A stretch of 29,427 nt of DNA from Candidatus Asbonarchaeum danakilense (GTDB lineage Archaea > Nanohalarchaeota > Nanosalinia > Nanosalinales > Nanoanaerosalinaceae): positions 4,670 to 34,096 of the forward strand of contig JAXINV010000024.1 of assembly GCA_034190465.1 (NCBI GenBank), read 5' to 3'. This document shows, in pieces, positions 24,951 to 29,427 of the stretch. Numbering within the stretch: the first letter of the stretch is position 1; each line of letters starts with the position of its first letter. Made by a program: the position numbers and the translations under genes. Below the pieces are notes generated by a model. That model saw nothing but the letters and a program-made list of their open reading frames with translations. It made no database searches and was not told the DNA's origin.

Positions 24951-25633
24951 TGACAAAACTCGACTTCCTCAAGGTCATCCTAGCGACAGCAGCGATCTTC
25001 CTGATCGGGCTGGGCTTGGGTTACAGCCTGGACACGTCACGGGTCGCCTACCTGTCCGAGGAGCTCCGGGAACGGACGCTTGAAACGCAGTCGTTCATCG
25101 TCGGGCAGACGTACCTGGACTCAGTTGAGGACCGTGAGAACTTCTGTTCCCTCATGAACGACTGGATCTACCAGGTCGGAAAGAAGACCGCGCAGCTGGG
25201 CAACGACCTGCAGAATTTCGGCAGCGCCAGCATGTTCCACCGCGCCGACTACAAGTACCTACAGAGCAAATACTACCTCTACGAGATCAGGTTCATGCTG
25301 ATGGTCGACCAGTACCGGGACCGGTGCAACAAGGACATCGTCAGCATCATGTACTTCTTCGGCGACAACATCCAGTCGGAACGGCAGGGGAACGTTTTAA
25401 CACAGGTCCGGAAAAACCACCAGGGCGACGTATTTGTCTTCAGCTTCCACACAGAGTCGGAGCAGACCTCTGCGGTGAAAATGCTGGAACGTGACTTCAA
25501 CGTGACGTCGACCCCGGCCATCGTCATCAACCGGGAAAGCGTGTACCGTCGGTATGTCGGAAAGACCGAACTCAACAACCGCGTCGAGGACTACCTCAAC
25601 GGCAACGCGACGAACGCGACAGCGAGGTCGTGA
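24944..25633 (+). CDS. Membrane-anchored protein with C-terminal thioredoxin-like fold, no CxxC
   Basis: N-terminal TM, helical region, then IMYFF..SERQGNVL..VFVFSF..FNVTSTPAIVIN (cis-Pro-type motif). Overlaps the GT2 stop. Confidence 0.6.
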   Translation: MVVTKLDFLKVILATAAIFLIGLGLGYSLDTSRVAYLSEELRERTLETQSFIVGQTYLDSVEDRENFCSLMNDWIYQVGKKTAQLGNDLQNFGSASMFHRADYKYLQSKYYLYEIRFMLMVDQYRDRCNKDIVSIMYFFGDNIQSERQGNVLTQVRKNHQGDVFVFSFHTESEQTSAVKMLERDFNVTSTPAIVINRESVYRRYVGKTELNNRVEDYLNGNATNATARS

Positions 25634-25636
25634 CCT

Positions 25637-26050
25637 ATGCAGGAGACACTGGACAGACTGCGGCAGATCGTCGGCAAGGAGGACATCATCCTCGCGATCT
25701 TCCTCATCGGGATCGGTGGCGTCATCGTCACCATGCAGCAGCCACAGTCCTCCAGCTACACACCATCACAGTTCTGCAAACAGGTCGCGGCAGGCGTGGA
25801 ATCGAACTACACCAACCAGGTCGACAGCATCACCTGCCACTGCGAGTCACCGCGCGGCTACCGCGGCGGCGTGTCGGACAAGGTCGGAAACGTGACCGAC
25901 CTGGAGGACGTACTGGTCTGCGATGTGCAGTACGGCCAGCAGTCCAAGAAGCTCGTCTACCCGCTCCACAGGATCAACAAGACGGAGTACCAGCAGTACA
26001 ACCAGACAGGAACGCTCCCGAACACGACAGGCACGACGACAGTGCGTTAA
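25637..26050 (+). CDS. Membrane-anchored hypothetical protein (4 Cys)
   Basis: TM IILAIFLIGIGGVIV, Cys at FCK, TCHC and VCD, several sequons. Third gene of the operon. Confidence 0.7.
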   Translation: MQETLDRLRQIVGKEDIILAIFLIGIGGVIVTMQQPQSSSYTPSQFCKQVAAGVESNYTNQVDSITCHCESPRGYRGGVSDKVGNVTDLEDVLVCDVQYGQQSKKLVYPLHRINKTEYQQYNQTGTLPNTTGTTTVR

Positions 26051-27033
26051 TCCTCGTCCATGTCCACATCGCCGACCTCGCGGGTGAGCAGCAGCCGGTT
26101 CTTCCTGCCCTCCTTCACCTTCTTCAGCAGGCTTCGCTCCTCAAGGTCCTTGACCAGGCGTGAGATCTTCGCCTTGGAGTAGTCCAGGTTGTCAACCAGC
26201 TCCTTCTGCTCACAGTCCCCGTCCTGCTCGATCAGGTAGCGGAGAACCTCGCGTTCATCGTCCTTCAGCACCGGCATGATGGAGGCGATTGTCTCGCCCT
26301 CCTTCCGGCGGCGCTTGACGTAGAGGTAGAGTACCAGCGAGAGGATGATAAGCACTAGCGCAGCGAGGACGGAGAATTGGTCCGGGAAGATGTCCTCAAA
26401 CACGCGGAGCTCCTGGTACCGGATCTCGAACCGGAGCGATTCACCGAGGGAAAGGTTGTCCTTCCGCCACGTCACCGAAAACCTGCGTCCGCCCTCTGCG
26501 CTCCCAGTGGCGGCGCCGGCCGGGCTGAAAGGTTGAACCTGGTTACCGTTGACGAGACCGTATCCCTCCGGGAGCAGAACACGCAGCACATATTGGTCAG
26601 TGGGGACGAGGATGCGCTGCACATGGCTGAACGTGTAATAGTCCTCGCCCTTGGACAGCATCTCGTTCGGCGTAGTGTACGTTATCGTCACATTGTACGT
26701 CGTGTTGTACCGCCCTGGTTCACACAGGATCTCATTGTCCCGTGCATTGAACTGGCAGGAGATCCTCCCCTCTGTATCGTGTCCCGAAAGCCGGTTCGGG
26801 TCGTGTGAGGACGGGATGAGGACCGAGACCTGTTCAGCGGTGAGCTCGGTGTAGTTCAGATGGATGCTGACCTCTGTCTGTTCGCCGATGTCGATGACCT
26901 CCCGCACCGATCCTATCTCCGTGGCCGCTGACAGTGACGCCAGCGATGCAACCAACACTAGCAGGATGGAGACACGAGCCACGACCGTGGTTGCGCTCTC
27001 CGCCGGGGAAGAAGTACGACCAGCCAGAGCCAT
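26047..27033 (-). CDS. Membrane-tethered winged-HTH regulator (COG2512-like)
   Basis: Signal/TM, extracellular beta domain (LLPEGY), TM, then LKDDEREVL..QKELVDNLDYSKAKISRLVKDLEERSLLKKVKEGRKN. Confidence 0.85.
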   Translation of the reverse strand: MALAGRTSSPAESATTVVARVSILLVLVASLASLSAATEIGSVREVIDIGEQTEVSIHLNYTELTAEQVSVLIPSSHDPNRLSGHDTEGRISCQFNARDNEILCEPGRYNTTYNVTITYTTPNEMLSKGEDYYTFSHVQRILVPTDQYVLRVLLPEGYGLVNGNQVQPFSPAGAATGSAEGGRRFSVTWRKDNLSLGESLRFEIRYQELRVFEDIFPDQFSVLAALVLIILSLVLYLYVKRRRKEGETIASIMPVLKDDEREVLRYLIEQDGDCEQKELVDNLDYSKAKISRLVKDLEERSLLKKVKEGRKNRLLLTREVGDVDMDED

Positions 27034-27077
27034 GGTAACTCCCTTTGCAGGCGCGAAATATAAATATTGCCAGGCAG

Positions 27078-27485
27078 TTACTGCTCGCTGTCCCGCGAGA
27101 TCATCATGCCGCCAGCACCTGACTGGAGGAATTTCTGCATCATCTCCGCGACCAGGTTCAGCGCGTCCTGCGCCTCACCGAGATCGAGCGTGATCTCTTC
27201 CGGACCCTGGACCTCAATCATCGTCGGCCCGTAGTTCATCACCAGTTCGACCAGCGTCGGGAAATCGTCGACAGTGGCCTCGACCTCACAGACTTGAGAA
27301 TAACCTTTGTCGAGTGCCGGGTGAGGATCCTCCACCTTTTCCACGTCCTCGAAGTCCTCGCTCGTTATCTCGACCGTCTCCATCTCCTTCATCTTGTCAA
27401 CATGGTCCCTGAGCGACTCGACAGCAGCGTCCTCCTGTTTTGCAAGGACCTCAAAGATCATCCAGGTGTCGATCCCGTCGGACAT
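27078..27485 (-). CDS. Conserved archaeal hypothetical protein
   Basis: MIFEVLA...YSQVCEVE...LVELVMNYGPTMIEVQGP pattern, acidic composition. Start 27485 or 27515. Confidence 0.7.
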   Translation of the reverse strand: MSDGIDTWMIFEVLAKQEDAAVESLRDHVDKMKEMETVEITSEDFEDVEKVEDPHPALDKGYSQVCEVEATVDDFPTLVELVMNYGPTMIEVQGPEEITLDLGEAQDALNLVAEMMQKFLQSGAGGMMISRDSEQ

Positions 27486-27561
27486 ATCCAGGGACTTCTC
27501 CCTGAACTTTATCAATCCGTCCCGTGGGGGAGAAAGAGAAAAGAGATAGGGACGGCCGATC

Positions 27562-29427
27562 TTACTCGACCGTCACCGTCGTCCGCATCCCGGAATGGAG
27601 CCTGCAGACGATGTCGTACGACCCGGCCTCGTCGAACTCCAGGGTGACGGACTCGCCAGCACCGACATTGACATCGATCCCGGCCTCCTTGATCGTCACC
27701 GTGTGGGCGAACGAGTCGTTGTTCACGAACCGGACCGTCGACCCGGCCTCGACCGTCGGGCTGGACTGGAACGCCGTGCCCTGCATCGTGACCGTTGTAT
27801 CGGGATCGTCCTCCTGTACCACGGCGATGGCCGGCTCAGTGTCGGACGTCTCGTTCTCTGTCTTGTTCTCTGCCGTGATTTTCGCTGGACCGCGACGGGT
27901 CTCGTTGTCCTCCCTGTCGCGTCCATCACCGCCGTCCTCCCTGTCGCGTCCATCACCGCCGTCCTCCCTGTCGCGTGTGACCGTGACGACCCGGGAGGTG
28001 GTCGCGACGGACTCGCCATCGACGACGACGTCGGTCGTCACGGTCCAGTTGCCGGGCTTGGCCTCGAGCCGTGCGCGGAACTCGGAGCCGCCGACACACT
28101 GGATGCCGACGCCGTCACGCTTCGTGTAAGTGACCGTGAACGAGACAGTGCTCGCGTTCGGATCGACACTGTAGTCGACCTTGCCTCGGTAGTTCGGGCT
28201 GCTGAGCCCGAGCTTGCCGCGGGTCTGGACGTAGCCGTCGCCGCCCTTGACCGCGACGTTCGCCTGGCCGGGGGAGAGGTCGTCGATGCACCGGGTCTTG
28301 ATTTCCTGCTCTAAGTCGCGGCCGGTCCGGTCACGGTCCCGGAACCGGTCGCGGCGCTCACGGAGCTGCTCTCTGACGTCGTCAGCTCCCCTGAGACCTT
28401 TCGCGTTCTTGACGAGGTCCTTGACGACTCCGCGGCGCTCGTCCTTGAACTCCTGGATGATCTTCAAGCGTTCCTCGACCGTCATGTTCTGCTGCATCTT
28501 TCCGGCGAACTCCTGGTTCAGCTCCCGGAGCTGCTCGATCTGGTCCTCCATGCCCGTGACCTCGGCACGGACTTCGTCACGGATCGCTGAACGGTTCCCC
28601 TGGATCTTGTCCCAGCGCCCCTCCTTGACCTTGCCGATCACGTCTTGCGAGGCCCGGAGCGATTCCAGGTACTTCCCCGCGCTGTACAGGACACGGGCCT
28701 CATGCAGGTCGTCGCCGAGTTCACTGCTCATGTTTACGTTCTCGACAAGCCGTTCAGCACGCTTCAGAGACGCGTTGGCACGTTCCTGCATCGCCTGTTG
28801 CTTCTGCTGAAGGTCCTGCTTCCATTTCTCGGCAAGGCGCTTGTGTGCCTTGCGGTAGGCTTCAGCGTCCGCCGCCGCGGAGTTTGCGGAGAACCGGGCT
28901 GCTGCCGACGCCTGGATGCCGGCCACCGTCACATCGGCGTCGGTCTGGTTCCGGACCTGTGTCGCGATCTGCTGTGCGAGGTCAGGGTTGCCGACGACGC
29001 GGACCTGTGTGATGTTGCGGGCCTGGATCGCCTGGACCGCGCCGGTGATCTGGTCCTCGCTTCCGACAACGTAGCTGTTCGCGTTGATCGAGTTGACGGC
29101 TGCGATGGAGTATTTAAAGTTCGTCGCCGCGACGATGTTCAGCCGCTGCGACACGTTCATCTGCTGGACCAGTCGGTCGCGGACCTCCTGCTCGACCTGG
29201 TCCTCGCCCTCCGCCGTGACCCGGTTGACCGAGACGCCGAGACCCTGGAACTGGCTCTCGACCTCGCTCGTCAGCGGGGTACCGACGTAGGTTACCGATG
29301 CGACGCCGAGGCTTTCAAGCTGCCCCATCACGCTGACAGGGACCTTCGTGTTCGGCGTCAGGAAGATCGGTACGTTCTCCTGCTGTGCCAGCTCCTTGGC
29401 AACGGAGAGGAGCTCGCCTCTGTCGTC
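27562..29427 (-). CDS. Large surface protein, 5'-truncated by the window: cell-wall-binding-repeat-2-like region, coiled coil, beta domain, C-terminal cupredoxin
   Basis: The frame stays open to the window end (..ELAQQENVPIFLTPNTKVPVSVMGQLESLGVASVTYVG). The C-terminus FVNNDSFAHTVT...YDIVCRLHSGM carries type-1 Cu ligands H, C, H, M. Confidence 0.8.
   Translation of the reverse strand, partial: DDRGELLSVAKELAQQENVPIFLTPNTKVPVSVMGQLESLGVASVTYVGTPLTSEVESQFQGLGVSVNRVTAEGEDQVEQEVRDRLVQQMNVSQRLNIVAATNFKYSIAAVNSINANSYVVGSEDQITGAVQAIQARNITQVRVVGNPDLAQQIATQVRNQTDADVTVAGIQASAAARFSANSAAADAEAYRKAHKRLAEKWKQDLQQKQQAMQERANASLKRAERLVENVNMSSELGDDLHEARVLYSAGKYLESLRASQDVIGKVKEGRWDKIQGNRSAIRDEVRAEVTGMEDQIEQLRELNQEFAGKMQQNMTVEERLKIIQEFKDERRGVVKDLVKNAKGLRGADDVREQLRERRDRFRDRDRTGRDLEQEIKTRCIDDLSPGQANVAVKGGDGYVQTRGKLGLSSPNYRGKVDYSVDPNASTVSFTVTYTKRDGVGIQCVGGSEFRARLEAKPGNWTVTTDVVVDGESVATTSRVVTVTRDREDGGDGRDREDGGDGRDREDNETRRGPAKITAENKTENETSDTEPAIAVVQEDDPDTTVTMQGTAFQSSPTVEAGSTVRFVNNDSFAHTVTIKEAGIDVNVGAGESVTLEFDEAGSYDIVCRLHSGMRTTVTVE
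27907..27976. repeat. 27-bp coding tandem repeat, ~2.6 copies
   Basis: GTCCTCCCTGTCGCGTCCATCACCGCC twice plus a 16-nt partial copy. Encodes an RDREDGGDG linker. Confidence 0.9.

Overview
GC-rich archaeal chromosomal segment. Cytoplasmic proteins are strongly acidic, promoters are TTTAAA-type TATA boxes about 25-30 nt before mostly leaderless starts, and the gene set is DPANN-like. The best inference is a halophilic DPANN (Nanohaloarchaeota-like) genome. The left ~11 kb is accessory: lipoproteins and surface proteins, a YfdR-like HD hydrolase, a PNPOx-like protein, acidic orphans, an intron-containing tRNA-Asn(GTT) with a perfect bulge-helix-bulge (BHB), and a truncated cation-diffusion-facilitator (CDF) remnant. 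The middle holds a MacB/LolD-type ABC operon with a COG1361-like protein, a Nudix hydrolase, a TraB/Tiki-like protein, ndk, and a HerA-like ATPase with a 518-aa LAGLIDADG+HTH intein in its Walker A. The right holds tRNA-Val(GAC), a Tat-exported metzincin, pth2-truD, a processive GT2 operon, a membrane-tethered wHTH regulator and a large cupredoxin-tipped surface protein. The most striking element is a non-coding array at 20485-20887. It has four extra copies of the tRNA-Val 3' end (core CCTCCACGACCCA) separated by unique spacers packed with perfect hairpins, several with 3-nt loops. No integrase, transposase or cas gene lies in the window.
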